From Eledone cirrhosa (taxonomy: Eukaryota): 64,000 nucleotides of DNA. The stretch covers positions 178,064,001 through 178,128,000 of the forward strand of contig OZ024742.1 of assembly GCA_964016885.1 (NCBI GenBank). Reading direction: 5' to 3'. Position 1 is the first letter of the stretch, and each line of letters opens with the position of its first letter. The notes under the pieces were generated by a model that was given only the letters and a program-made list of their open reading frames with translations, did not search any database and was not told where the DNA came from. The translations under genes and the position numbers were made by a program. This document shows positions 40,492 through 55,459 of this stretch, piece by piece.

Positions 40492-40497
<6 letters not shown>
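39972..40497 (+). mobile_element. Retrozyme-like locus: 310-bp unit with 58-bp terminal redundancy plus ~159-bp inverted copy
   Basis: 40130-40187 matches 40440-40497. 39972-40130 is the reverse complement of 40304-40462. (TA)n on both sides. Confidence 0.88.
40296..40338 (+). ncRNA. Minimal type I hammerhead ribozyme
   Basis: GTAGTC-CTGATGA-TTTC-TAACAA-GAAT-GAAA-CGCG-TA-GATTAC. Distal 16-bp helix 40272-40287 / 40345-40360. Confidence 0.9.
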
Positions 40498-40576
<79 letters not shown>

Positions 40577-40747
40577 CATATATATAATTCAAGAAATAAG
40601 AGTAACATGGTTGTCTGTACAATAAGGGCTTTATTCACAGTGCTGACAATTGTTTCTTTGATCTGGTAGGTCTAGAGTTCGCTAACCGCTAGATGTTGCC
40701 TATAACGATAACTTGTTATCCCGTATATATATATATATATACATATA

Positions 40748-40850
<103 letters not shown>

Positions 40851-41603
40851 AGACTCAGTGACCCTCTTTCAAGCATACTAACTCGTTATTAATAGAGGTA
40901 CATATTAAGCCATTGTGTTCATGATCCCAGTTATCTGAGTAGCCGTGTAAGAACTCATAGCACTAGTCCTTCGGGTTTTTTCATCCATCAAAACATCAGT
41001 GATGTTTACTGTCACTATACTGAGATTAGAATAAGCTGTAGCTTATATATTTTTTGCCTCTGCGTATAGTTCATGTTTGACTTGGATTCAAAAATCTTGA
41101 AACTCTAGTTTTTTGGTTTCTTATACATCTACTGTGTTAGCGAGACGTATATATATATTTATTGTACGTGAACATATTGTATATGTCTTCATATACACCT
41201 CTTATTACAAACCACGCTATATTAGTGCTACTGCTAATTAACTCGCTAGTCGACTGATTTTAGCATACTTGAACGAATACGTAGAACTGGCACCAAATTT
41301 TTGATAAGAAAATTGAGGCAAAGATAATAATGCATCATCCTTAAGGGCAGAGAATAATGGTTATTAGCATAGTTTCAACTTATCACCTTTTGCTCAGCAG
41401 CAATGAACTTTAAGCTTGCAAGCCCCCGAATGAATATATCAACGTTATGTTCAATATATTTCTGTATATTTTCCTGCTTGCAGTGGTCAAACTTTGGCAA
41501 CAGTCCTAGTATACTGTTGGAAAGGTTAATTTAAATAAATATTTCAATTTAGATATAATAAATTACATCATCTTGATCTAAGAGTTTACTTATATGTATG
41601 CCT

Positions 41604-41608
41604 GTATA

Positions 41609-41684
<76 letters not shown>

Positions 41685-41849
41685 ATATATATATATATTC
41701 ATATATACACACACATATATATATACATATATACATATATATAAACATACATATATATATATATACATATATATGTATATATATATATATATGTATTTAT
41801 ATATATATATTTATATATATATATATGTATTTATATATATATATATATG

Positions 41850-41884
<35 letters not shown>

Positions 41885-41925
41885 TTATATATATATATAT
41901 ATGTATTTATATATATATATATATG

Positions 41926-41984
<59 letters not shown>

Positions 41985-42005
41985 TTATATATATATATAT
42001 ATATG

Positions 42006-42069
<64 letters not shown>

Positions 42070-42138
42070 ACATATATATATATGTATACATATATACACA
42101 AATATATACATACATACATACATACATACATACATACA

Positions 42139-42170
<32 letters not shown>
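41604..42170. repeat. Long interrupted (TA)n/(TACA)n array
   Basis: Directly visible. A similar array lies at 43279-43850. Confidence 0.95.
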
Positions 42171-42172
<2 letters not shown>

Positions 42173-42227
42173 AAGTAGTCCACTGGCAGCCGAATTTGCT
42201 AGCCACTGTGTACGTATACACACACAA

Positions 42228-42293
<66 letters not shown>

Positions 42294-43274
42294 ATATTTG
42301 GGGAGGGTCATATTTGCGTAATATTGCCAGAATTAATAACAGAACACACTCACTGTTTGGTTGGTTTTCGCTTCTCGCTGTCTTTTATATATATATATCT
42401 GCGATCTAACTTACTCGGTCCTCATCGCCGCTATATATATATATATATATATATAAAACCATTGGTAGATTAAATTTATTTGCTAATATACATGCGCACA
42501 TTTATATAAACAGTTTTTATTCCGTCCATGTTAATAATCAATAATCTGCACCAAGGTAAAATAGGCAAATTCTCATCAGACGAATATCTTACCGCAGTTT
42601 CAATCCTCATCCGAAGCTATGTCACTTTCATTAGAAACAATTTGGCAGAAACATTACAGCGTTGGTTGAAATAAAACAGTAATTGTTCCAATCCCTCCTC
42701 TACCGTGTCACCATCCTCCGGGGAAAAGCCTTCTATATTCTGTCCGCCGGTGCAACGGGGCGGCCAAGTGCCTGGGTCCCCATTTGCTCACACAATAGGG
42801 AGAGATGGTGGCAGCGAGAGAGATGGAAGCAGTGACAGTGCGAGATTGTTTTTTTGTGTGTGTGTGTTCTATACCAACACACCAGGCTCAAACCTACGGG
42901 TAGCCAACTCTGTACCGATGTTGGTGGCCCTAGGGTCAATAAACACCAGAAGTCTCCACTGCTAAGTCCTATTACATCCCTAACATAACCTAGCTTCTCC
43001 AATAAACTAATAGTGTCCTAACACATGCTCTAACACAAACCAGCATAGCCTACCTTATTCACATCGGACTAAATAAACATATCTCACGCTGACATATGGA
43101 TTGTATTGCCATGTAACATTATTTTATTCGTATATTGATATAATTATGTATGCATGCAATACGCCTGTGTGGTTAGATTTAATTTAACTCTTGAAAACTT
43201 TTTAAATTGCTAAAAGACATACATTAAGGTTATGCCGTGAAATGCCAATAATAGTATATACAAAATATACATAC

Positions 43275-43446
<172 letters not shown>

Positions 43447-43447
43447 G

Positions 43448-43832
<385 letters not shown>

Positions 43833-44007
43833 ATATATATATTTATTTATATATACATATATGTGTGTGTGTGTTTATGCATATATATATATTTACAAGT
43901 GTGTGTGTGCATTATAACAAAAATATTGAGCATATCTGAAAACTATACACACACATACATTTAAATGCACCACGTAGATACACACATAAATATATATATA
44001 TATACAC

Positions 44008-44097
<90 letters not shown>

Positions 44098-44233
44098 ATG
44101 TGTATAAACCCATCAGCTATTTACGTTTCCCATTCAAGTAACAATACATTGATGTAAACATTTTAAAACTAGTTTTGAATACAGTATGTATCATGTATAC
44201 AGATAATAAAAATATATATGCGCATATAAATAA

Positions 44234-44280
<47 letters not shown>

Positions 44281-44558
44281 AAAAAGAAGAATTTGAAATC
44301 ACATAAACAGAAAAAATATACAATATGCAAACGCACAAACGCACACAAACACGAACACACACACACACACACACAAACAAACAATTACTTACACGAACAT
44401 ATCTTCGTTTAAGTTTATATAAGTATATATTGCATATACATAAGTGTGCTTGTATACAATATATGTGTGTGTGCGCATGTATGTATGTATGTGTGTGTGT
44501 GTGCGTATATATATATGTGTGTGAGTGTGTGTGTATGTATATATATATATATATTATA

Positions 44559-44590
<32 letters not shown>

Positions 44591-44656
44591 CACATATATA
44601 TATATATATATATACACAGATATATATAGATATATAACTATATATATATATATATA

Positions 44657-44724
<68 letters not shown>

Positions 44725-45484
44725 GTATGTATATATATATATTTATACCTATCAGTCTGTTTTTGCAATTATGTTTCCTTAACTCTTCAACATTTTTACA
44801 TCAACCTCACATTTGACATTCAGACTCACACACTCACGTACACATACACATAGCTCGCACACATAAACTATGATATGCATAAACACACACATAATTTTCT
44901 CTCTCACACACACACACACACATAATGTCACAGATTGACGTGAATCGTTTTGGAATATATTATTCTCCGAATTTGATATATTTTTTCTTAATTTCTCACT
45001 TTCTATTAAATTATTCTTATTCATTTTTTGTTATTTTATTTTATGTTTTAGGCTGTTGTTGGTTTTGTTGTTGTTGCTGCTGTTGTTGTTCTACTAATTC
45101 CTTATAAGGTTTTAATTTATAAATGCTAGGGTGTTCGTGTCAGGGAAATCTCGTGCAGTTGAGAGGGAGATAATAGAATACGCCCTCAATATATATATAT
45201 AAACTGTTTGTGTTTTTCAACCCATTGACAGAATGGATTGGATCTCGTTCAGTTGCAACGATGAATGTTCAATGCTACGGTTTGTTAGATCAAGGGAATA
45301 GCCAGATTATGGAATTAACCTTTAAGTGGATGATCATTCCATACACAAACGCATACACACGTACAGACGACCATCTCGCGCATATAATATATACATACAT
45401 ATACATATATATATATGTGTGTGTGTGTAATTATTCTTATATAGGCACAAGGTGGATTGGCAGAGGGTCTGACATCATATATAA

Positions 45485-45881
45485 ATAATTGTCTCTATTT
45501 TTGGCACAAGGCCAGCAATTATCCCAGTGCATTATTGGTATTTTATTTTATCGACCCCGTAAGGATGGAAGGCAAAGTTAACCTCGGCGGGATTTGAACT
45601 CAGATCATAAAGGGCCGTAACTCTATGCTGCAAAGCATGGCGTCCGACCCTCTACCGATTCTGCCAATCCCCCGCCTTTATATATGTATAAATAATTGTT
45701 TCTACTTTAGGCACAAGGCCAGCAAATACCAGTGCATTACTGGTACTTTATTTTATCGACCCCGTAAGGATGAAAGGCAAAGTCAACCTCGGCGGGATTT
45801 GAACTCAGATCATAAAGGGCCGTAACTCTATGCTGCAAAGCATGGCGTCCGACCCTCTACCGATACTGCCAATCCACCACC
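45485..45881 (-). mobile_element. Two tandem SINE family A copies
   Basis: 45485-45677 and 45692-45881, each with A/B boxes and tail. Confidence 0.9.
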
Positions 45882-46172
45882 CTTGATAGAGTAATTAGTA
45901 TGTCAAGATCGTTAATAGAAATACCAGTTTAGTCCTGCAGTTGATTCTTTCCCTCTATCTCTTTCTCATTCTTTCTTTCTCACTCTCACTTGTGTGTGCG
46001 AACGTGTGCGTATGTTTGTGTTAAGGTGTCATACTAATTAATGTGTTAGTGTGTGTGTGTCTGTGTGTGTGTGGGCGTGTATTCGGGTGTCATAAATTGT
46101 GTATGTCTGTGTGCGCTGATTAGGGTGTCATACTAGTTAGTGTGAGTATGTATGTGTGTGAGTGTGTGTGTG

Positions 46173-46266
<94 letters not shown>

Positions 46267-46659
46267 GGTTTACTGTGCATTTATGTAGCGGCTCTACAAA
46301 AAGTAATCGTTGAAATATGTACCAGATTTGCAGGTTGATACGATCATCTAAATCTCTTTGATGTGAGTCCCCAGCATGGCCACAATCTAATGACTGAAAC
46401 CAGTAAAACAGTAGTTCCCCAGCATGGCCACAAACTAATGACTGAAACAAGGAAAAGAATAATATTACTTATGGTGAAACAAGATGGGAAGATATGAAAA
46501 TCCGCATGAAGAAGGATGCGATGGATGATTCTAAAATACAAAATATTTATGAGTGTGTCTGAGAGAGAAAGAGATAGATAGGTATGTAAATAGAGAGATA
46601 GATAGAAAGATAGAAAGATAGAAAGATAGATAAATAGATAGATAACTAGATAGATAATT

Positions 46660-46822
46660 ATAGGGAAATGTTTAACCCCGATGGCAGAGCTCAAGCCGTT
46701 TCGACGGCTATTTCTGAACTCCAGAAATAGCCGTCGAAACGGCTTGAGCACTGCCGTCGGGGTTAAACATTTTCCTATTAACCCCTCTACTATCCTAAGT
46801 ATTGAGTACTCTGGTGCGTTAT
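46660..46822. repeat. Palindromic repeat family copy (~57-bp arms plus unpaired tail)
   Basis: ATAGGGAAATGTTTAACCCCGATGGCAGAGCTCAAGCCG... folds back on ...CGGGGTTAAACATTTTCCTAT. Tail CTAAGTATTGAGTACTCTGGT is shared with 9010-9040. Confidence 0.88.
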
Positions 46823-46884
46823 GGTCCATCTGGTTCCTTACCACACTTCCTTCGTTAGTTAAATAGATAGCTAGATAGATAGAT

Positions 46885-47228
46885 AATCTTTATTTGCCAC
46901 AAGGGCGTAAAAAATGGGACATTACAAGACGTGACGGCGGGGGTTTTACATAAAGTCTTTAACAATAATTGTTTCTACTTTTGGCACAAGGCCAGCAATT
47001 ACCCAGTGCATTACTGGTACTTTATTTTATCGACCCCGTAAGAATGAGAGGCAAAGTTAACCTCGGCGGGATTTGAACTCAGAATGGCAAACAATAATGG
47101 ATGACAATAAACTATATATAAAATTAAAATAAAACAATCGAAATCCCCAATAGGGGGGAACATTATTGCGGTGTTGTTTTACACTCCATGGATAGAACAA
47201 CCCTCAACACCAGGAGCACGTTTTGCAG
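46885..47228 (-). mobile_element. 3'UTR-only copy of the Tx1-like LINE, interrupted by a SINE A (46965-47090)
   Basis: TTTATTTGCCACAAGGGCG, AACAATCGAAATCCCCAATAGGGG and GATAGAACAACCCTCAAC match 18560-18750. SINE flanked by an AACAATAAT duplication. Confidence 0.85.
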
Positions 47229-48146
47229 ATAAGTGGGTAGATAGATAGATAGATAGATAGATATAAAGAGTGAGCGAGTGAGAGAGAAACTGACAGACAG
47301 ATAGCGAGAGATGGGGTGGTGGTTGAAGAGAGATAGTGGGCGATGGCGAAGTGTGTGAGCGAGAAAGAGAGTGCTAGAGTAAGAATGACAAAGAAAGGGA
47401 GGAACAAAAAGAATACAGAAAGAATACAGTGTTTTTGTTGAATGTAACGATGCAATTTATTGACGTAATACAATTTATTGACGTAAAAAGTAAGAGAACT
47501 TAGTTGACACCAGAATAATTCATAACAAACCTTCACTGGGACTCATTTTCTCTTGTAATACAGATAAAAATATATAATAGCAGACATAAATGACAAATTC
47601 ATTACAAGTTGGCTAATCATTCAAAATTACGTATAATTATTAACTAATTGGACTCTTGTGTATAATTTAATTTATTTTATTTAGGCAGTAATACTGCATT
47701 TTAATGTTTTCTCTATTGAGTTACATTAATGTCTATAGCTTATAGTAGATATTTCCTACACAGAGTACAAAATATACGCATATCTCCATGAATCTTTCTA
47801 GATTACCAGTTACAATTTATAAGTTAACATCTGTTTCATTCTTTACCAATTTTAAACATCTGGTATTATAAAAACACAGATGAATGACAGATTCCATAAT
47901 CTTTATAATAAGGCAGTGAAAATTACAGTATCGGGCGAAATACCTTGTGGTGTTTGTTTCGGTTCCTTGCCTTCGGACTTCAAATATCAACGAAGCGGAC
48001 TTTGATTCTCCTCCTTCCAGGTCGAGAAATAAAGTAGTAATCCAAGTATAGGAATCGTTAGATAGTCTGACGGGATGCTATGCTGTTTTATTCTGGTCCT
48101 TTGCATTCTAGGTTTAAATCTTGTTGTGGCTTAATTGGATGGTGGA

Positions 48147-48327
48147 CTATTTTGAGATCCAACCCGTGTGTTTATAACAGAGTTCCATTGAAAGCAACAC
48201 AAGACCATGGGATCGTGATAAACTGTATGACTGATTAAATCAGTCATACAGTTTATCACGATCCCATGGTCTTGTGTTGCTTTCAATGGAACTCTGTTAT
48301 AAACACACGGGTTGGATCTCAAAATAG
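48147..48327. repeat. Perfect 181-bp palindrome (90-bp arms, 1-nt centre)
   Basis: Axis CTGATT-A-AATCAG at 48237. Confidence 0.95.
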
Positions 48328-48699
48328 TATACTATTTCTTCCTTCCCTTTATGGGTTTCGGGTACCCTAGAATGAGTCTGGAGATTTCCATTTTTCATGA
48401 CCAATATAAAAAGATCAGCCTTCTTAGATTGAAATATTGTGACAACGTGGAGCCGATAGCATCAGCCAAATAATTACATTAAGGGTACACATGTTTTGTG
48501 GAATACTCAACCAGATTTACGTTAATTTACGAGTCTGATGTTCAATCGATCGAACGATTAAATGATCATCGTCGTAAGCGACGAAAGATCTATCGTCATC
48601 TAACGTGTTTTACTGGATACCGATTAATACTATTTTTATATACATAATTCTTTTGTTGAAATTGTCAGAATTTTACAAAAAATGAGCAAACGGAATGTA

Positions 48700-49020
48700 T
48701 AGTGGCACTCCGTCGGTTACGACGACGAGTGTTTCAGTTGATGCGATCAAAGGAACAGCATGCTCATGAAATTAACGTGCAAGTGGCTGAGCAATCCACA
48801 AACACGCGTAACCTACTCAGGGTGATTCAGTGTGACACAGTATGTAACAAGGCTGGCTCTTCGGATTACGAGTACAACTCATTTTTGCCAGCTGAGTGTA
48901 CTGGAGCAACGTGAAATAAAGTATCTTGCTCAAGGACACAGCGTGCCGCCGGGAATCAAACTCACGATCTTATGATTGTGAGCCGAATTCCCTAACCACA
49001 AAGCTACCCGCTTTCACGAA
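48700..49020 (-). mobile_element. SINE family B
   Basis: Homology to 2465-2780, including GAAATTAACGTGCAAGTGGCTGAGCA and CTCAAGGACACA. Confidence 0.78.
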
Positions 49021-49871
49021 ACCGAAATGACACCAAAATAAAACATTTTGGGAGACATTTCGGAAATTCAGCATCAAGGTTTCTTCACATTTATCGCTTT
49101 ATTAATTCCAAAGAAAATACTTGTCCGACAACATTAAAGACCGGACAGGTCACAACACCGAGACTCTTATACGAATGAGAGAGAATGGAGACCAGTGACG
49201 ACAGCTGGCTACAAAAGCCTTCCAGAGTGGTACCCCCAACGACTGACTGCACAACCTACGGTTTTATAACTCACCGGAATAGGAGGTGGAATTTGTACTC
49301 AGACCGCACAGGACCGCAGCGGCAGATACCAAACTTCATCACGTTTAACACTTTAACAGTTTTGCCAATCCATCGCCTGTGGACTGCCATTTTAATTATC
49401 GACCGCGAAAGGATGAAATGCTAAGTCGATTTTAGCAAGATGAACCGCAACACATATCGTGGAATTTAAAATGACACTCTAACAAACGCTACCAATTCAC
49501 GAATTAAAACGCAAAAAAAACGTTTTAACAAAATCATGCAGAAAGCTTTTATACAGGAGATATGCATTTAGGGAAATTTATTGATGTCACACATCAGGAG
49601 TTACAAGTGTTAGAAAGGCAAGGTGACAGGTGATATGGGAGCTGTGCACAACAATACAGAATATACTATTAAGTTCACTAGGAGAATATATGAATACATA
49701 CACTTTATAAAAGACATTCAGAGATATTTTTTCTATTTTTTTCCTATTCAATGAAACCATCTAAACAAACTGGATATTGTGGCAGTGAGGTTATAGAATA
49801 AGCTTCTTACTATCTCAATTATACATAATAATTTCAGCAGCAACAATTTACCATTTTTTGTGTGTATATAT

Positions 49872-49949
<78 letters not shown>

Positions 49950-50010
49950 ATATATATATACTCCTCTATAGCATTGTGTATGTTAATAAGTATATATACA
50001 TTATATATAT

Positions 50011-50068
<58 letters not shown>

Positions 50069-50142
50069 TCCTCTACTTCATTGTATATGTTAATAATAAG
50101 TATCTCTATTTCTTTCTTGCTCTCTCTTCTCTCTGTCTCTCT

Positions 50143-50180
<38 letters not shown>

Positions 50181-50209
50181 AACTGATATGTATATAGAGA
50201 GACAAATTG

Positions 50210-50241
<32 letters not shown>

Positions 50242-50251
50242 TTGTCTGTTA

Positions 50252-50438
50252 ATAATTGTTTCTACTTTAGGCACAAGGCCAGCAATTATCCAGTGCATTA
50301 CTGGTACTTTATTTTATCGACCCCGTAAGGATGAAAGGCAAAGTCAACCTCGGCGGGATTTGAACTCAGATCGTAAAGGGACGTAACTATGCTGGAAAGC
50401 ATGGCGTCCGACCCTCTACCGATACTGCCAATCCACCG
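50252..50438 (-). mobile_element. SINE family A with 19-bp target-site duplication
   Basis: CGATTTGTCTGTTAATAAT at 50238-50256 and 50437-50455. Confidence 0.93.
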
Positions 50439-53272
50439 ATTTGTCTGTTAATAATGATAAGTTTTTACATACCAAACTGCATCATTAATAAGAGGGGAAA
50501 TTATCATAATAATTGTGTGTTTAAGGTAGTTGAGTTGGTGTTGTTGTTATTTCCCTTCTGATAATGTTTCTGTGTATAAGAAGATAACAGTGAAAACGAA
50601 GTATAGCTTTATTTCTAACTCAATAAGTCTATATTTGTTTTTTTCTTCCTGAGCATTTCCTTGAATAATTCTATATGAAGTAATCTTAAGCAACAGACCT
50701 GGGTTATTGCCTATATCAACAAACTAATATATACATAGCTGTTCTATTTTATTTGTCCATATATCTCCAAATAATTAGTGAGTGACTATTCCAATCTTTA
50801 TATAAATGTACGAAGATTACAATTATGCAATACACATTACTTCTATGAAATATTAAAGTTTTAAGACGCGTCTTTTACCAATTCAGATTGGACCATTCCT
50901 TGAGTTAATAATGAGGCTGTCTCTTCTTTAAAGTTATGCATTGTCTTTTTTCGTGTTTCTCCATGCTTGCGTGAGTTGACCGAAACCCGGTCTTTATCCT
51001 ATTACTAGCTGACCCCATAGCCTGTCGTCACAGGACCAATCCTCAACCCACACCCCACCTCACCAGTGTCACTGAGACACATTTTCAGCCGAGTGAACTA
51101 GAGCAACGAGAAATGAGACAGCGCGCCACCCGAGCTAGGAATCAAACTCACGAACTTATGTTCGTGGGTCCATCACCCTTTCTAATAGGTCACTCGCCTT
51201 TGTGGCCAAACGGAAAGATGCTTTCAAGGCATGGACATGTGGCTAAGAAGTTCGTTTCGCTACTAAATTGCTTTGTATTGCGATAGATATTACGTTATAT
51301 CATACTGCTAAACTAACATTTGCTTCTTGAAAATGCGAGGTGAAATGTCTTTCTCATTGGCATTATGCTAAAAGAAGGAATAGTAGATAGAGAGCTAGGT
51401 GTTGAGTAGATATAGTATTGCCAATAAACCTAGTATTGGAGACTGAAAACTTTGAATCAATTTGCAGAGTATGAAATAATCTATGGAATTCTGGAGAGAC
51501 AGAATATACCGAGGATGGGGGGGGGGATATATCCAAGTAAAACTTCTCCAGAATCTGCAGTCATTTCTACTAAAAGCTGGAATCAACTTCTTGATTATGT
51601 ATTGAAAATCTAATACTACATCAGCAGACGGTTTGAATGTAAAAAGTTATGAAAGAATTAATTTCTCTTGACATTTGATAATTCCCAGATTCTCCATATA
51701 AATATCTTAAACTTACAGCTATATCATTATGACAGCAATGAATGATTTAAAACCAAGAGTGGAAAACAATTTAAAAAGTGACATATTCCATATGTTATAT
51801 ATGCTTTGAAGTTCCATGTCACAATTTATAAATAATATGGAAGCAAAAAGTATTGTGTATTTAGTCAAGATATTCAACTACCAGCTCATAGATGTTTTGT
51901 TGGTATTTTTTCTATACACCCGTAACTCCTGTCATAATTGTAGTTATATACTGCCTTTCTTGAATATTTGAGAAACAGATACAGAGGGAGAATCGACCCC
52001 AGTACTAACCGGCACTATTTTTATTGACCTCGAAATGATGAAAGGCAAAGTGGAATTTGGTGACAGCAGAGAAGGCCGAATAGAATACTGCAACGCATTC
52101 TAGTCGATGTTCTAACAACTCTGCCGATTCGCCGCCTATGTTCGATAAAATAAAGTATCAGGCTAAAATAACCAGTGGCGCATATGTGACCGATTAAAAA
52201 CCTCGACGGTGGAAAAGAACTCGCACCCACTAGGCACCTTGTCTGGTCTTTCGTATCCAGAATTTAACATTAAGATCTATTTTTGCTGTTTTGTCAATAA
52301 ACTCATCCAGATTTGCTTTAGATTTTTTTCTCTTTCGACCTCAAATAGTTTCTCATTCACTCAGCACTATCAATAATTGATTCTACTTTTAGCACAAGAC
52401 CAGCAATGTGAATGGATAGGGGAGAGTCAGTTAAATCGGCCCTACTACGTTACTGCTATTTTATTTTATTGGCCCTGGAAAGAAGACAAGCAAAGTTGAT
52501 CCTGATGCGATTTGAATTCAGAGATCTGAGCACTGGAAAGCCTTCTAATCGACGCTCTAAGGACACTGCCAATACACTGTCCTAGACATATCAATAATAA
52601 AACAGCAACCATGACGTTTTCTATGGCTTCATGTTGACACTCAACTCTCAAAGAGAATCACAAATAAATTGGACTGACATGGGCGAGATGTAAGCACCAT
52701 CTAAATCGATATTTGTCTTTTGAGAACGACTATTTCCCAGTCCTATCCAATAAAAAAAAATACAGAGAGAATAACTGACAATAGCAATTATTGGACCGCC
52801 GTCGTTTCTGGCAATGATTGCTCTAGTTGTTCGAACAAGGAACATGAAATTAACGAACAAGTATCTGACCATTCCACATACACGTGTACCCTTAGCATAG
52901 TTAAGTGTATACATAAGATGACCTGACTCTTTGAATTAAACGCAAAACACATTTTTGCCAACTGAAGCAACGTGACATAAAGTGTTTTGGTCAAAGACAC
53001 AACGCGCTGCAAGGAATCGAATTCACTACCTTTCGATCATAAACCAAACGCCCTAAGAACTATGCCACACACTTCCCCTTACAGTAACTGAAAAATATCA
53101 ATATATAATGCAAATATATTTTAAATGGACTTTAAAGATTCGGAATACTACAAGCGTAAGTTGAGTCATTTATCTTTTAGTAGGAAGAAGTCTATTAAAC
53201 TAGTACTAGGAATAACATTGCTAATAATATTTATATATATATATATTCATTTTTTTAAGGCGAAATAGTGAG

Positions 53273-53321
53273 TCTTGTTACTCTGTGGTTTCGCCTGTAT
53301 ATCACAGGGTCATAGACAAGA
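53273..53321 (-). ncRNA. Decayed type I hammerhead (1-nt core deletion)
   Basis: Minus strand: TCTTGT-CT(G deleted)ATGA-cCCTGT GATAT ACAGGc-GAAA-CCACAGAG-TA-ACAAGA. Confidence 0.62.
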
Positions 53322-53432
53322 ACAGTTGTGGTTTTATTTATAGACATCTCGCTACTAAATGACAACTGACTCAACTTACGCGCTTGTAGTATTCGAAACT
53401 GAATCTTTAAATGTATATATATATATATATAA

Positions 53433-53494
<62 letters not shown>

Positions 53495-53841
53495 CGTTCA
53501 AGGAGACAACAAACAGAAGTAAAAAAAAGTCTTATTAGTTTCACGCTTTATATTGAAAAGGCAGGTCAACGTGTGGGACTTAGGCCCTTCTGCAGGAGTA
53601 CAAAATAGAGACAGGATCACAATGGAGAAACAGAAAAAGGTCCATTAAAGACACACGAAAATCGAAAATAAAGATGGCAAACAAGACAACCGTTAGGTAG
53701 TCTTGGTAACGAGTTGGAACGCCTAGGCATGATGGGAAAAGAGGAACGAATGAGCAAAACAAGAAAGGTGACACAAACAAGTTAGAGGTAAAAACAAAAG
53801 AGACAGAGAAAAAAAGATAGAAAACAACATATATATATGTA

Positions 53842-53912
<71 letters not shown>

Positions 53913-53919
53913 GTATATG

Positions 53920-54091
53920 CCGTATTTCCCGGCGTCGAAGACGCTACTTTTTTCCTAAAATAAGTCTCAAAAATTTACCATGCGTCCTGGAGGCCGAAAG
54001 TTGTTCATTTTTTTTTTTTTTTTCAAATTTGTCGTTGTCAAAACTAGGGTGCGTCCTCGAGAACGAAGCGTCTTCAGCACCGGGAAATATG
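53920..54091. mobile_element. Tc1/mariner-pogo-like MITE
   Basis: TIRs CCGTATTTCCCGGCGTCGAAGACGC / GCGTCTTCAGCACCGGGAAATATG. Confidence 0.75.
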
Positions 54092-55427
54092 TTTATATAT
54101 ATATATACGCAGGGGGCAGCATCAACCGACATAAAAACCGTTTTAACCAAAATATTCGTGAGCTAGACTTAGTCTTTCAGACAAAAGCCAGTGATATTTC
54201 CAGCTTTATCTATATTTATCTTCACCATGCTTCCATGCAAAATAGTCATGTCATGCCTGAATATATAGTTTTAACTGAATCATTTGAAAATATAAAACAT
54301 ATACATAATTTTTTTTTTATTTATTTCGTACAACATAGGTTTAATTAAGTGATCACGAACCAAAATTATCTAAGTTTGATACCTACCCGCCAGTGATGTT
54401 TCAAAGGAAATTATATAAATAAATACAAATATATAATTATTCAGAAAATAGAAAATTAAAATTAAAATAACAATAATGATCTTAATCATAATAATGTTTA
54501 GCAATTAATACCAGTTCATCGACTCTCCTATAATAAAGATAAATATTTATGAAGTAGTCTCTTAAAGAAAACGGCTATATCTGTAAGATTACATTTTAAA
54601 ATAGTGTTTCTTCAAAGAATATTTTTTTAAATTATATATTTGTTTCCAAAAATATCTTAAAGTAAACAATTATATTTTTAAAACGATATTTTAAAAAGTA
54701 TGTTAGGGAAAACGATTAGATGAATATTAAACCACTGTATGACTTCTAGCTAAAATATTTAAAAGAAAACAATTAATTATTTGGGCAGTAACTCAATAAA
54801 GGAAGAATATAATCTAATAATAGTCAAACAAGGTTAATACTGTACAACCAGCATTTGCGTTCAACTAGCCCGGCATTCCTTGTTTAAGAAAATGTTCAAT
54901 TGACTACTATATTTGCGCATTTCATATTTTCAATATTTAGTGTTGACTTTCATTTAGTGTTGACTTTCATTTACCCACATCTGTGAATCACTGTCTTAAA
55001 GAACGCGATATATATTGGAGCTGATGCCTGCATTCCTAGCAGCTTCGACTCTTCTAAAGGCTGCATCTGATTAGCAGGTGGCAGTGATAAACCAGAGGCG
55101 GCGTTTTGCGGATGAGGCTCCAAGTTTATTCGGTACTAATTCCCAATAGTTAAGTCTAATAAAAACACAGAATTAAATATATCCACATGGCTTACAATTT
55201 GGTCTACTGAAGACACATAAAGTACTTTCCAAATACCTAACATAATACCTACAACGTATGCCAACTAAGGGGCAACAAATTGGCGAAGCCATTAGAACGT
55301 TGGATAGAATGTTTTACAGTATTCTTTCTGGCTCTTTGCATTCTGAGTTCAAATCTCGCTGACGTCTACGAGGCCTTTCATCATTTCGAGGTCGATAAAA
55401 AAAGTATCTGTCTATTACTGGGACCTA

Positions 55428-55459
<32 letters not shown>

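Noticed and set aside
40630-40662. Minus-strand GAAA-CAATTG-TC followed by AATAAA
   Set aside because: Only the 3' half of a hammerhead. No CTGANGA partner found.
42515-42590. Minus-strand CGT-CTGATGA-GAATTTGC...GCAGATT
   Set aside because: No GAAA/NUH half. Too degenerate to call.
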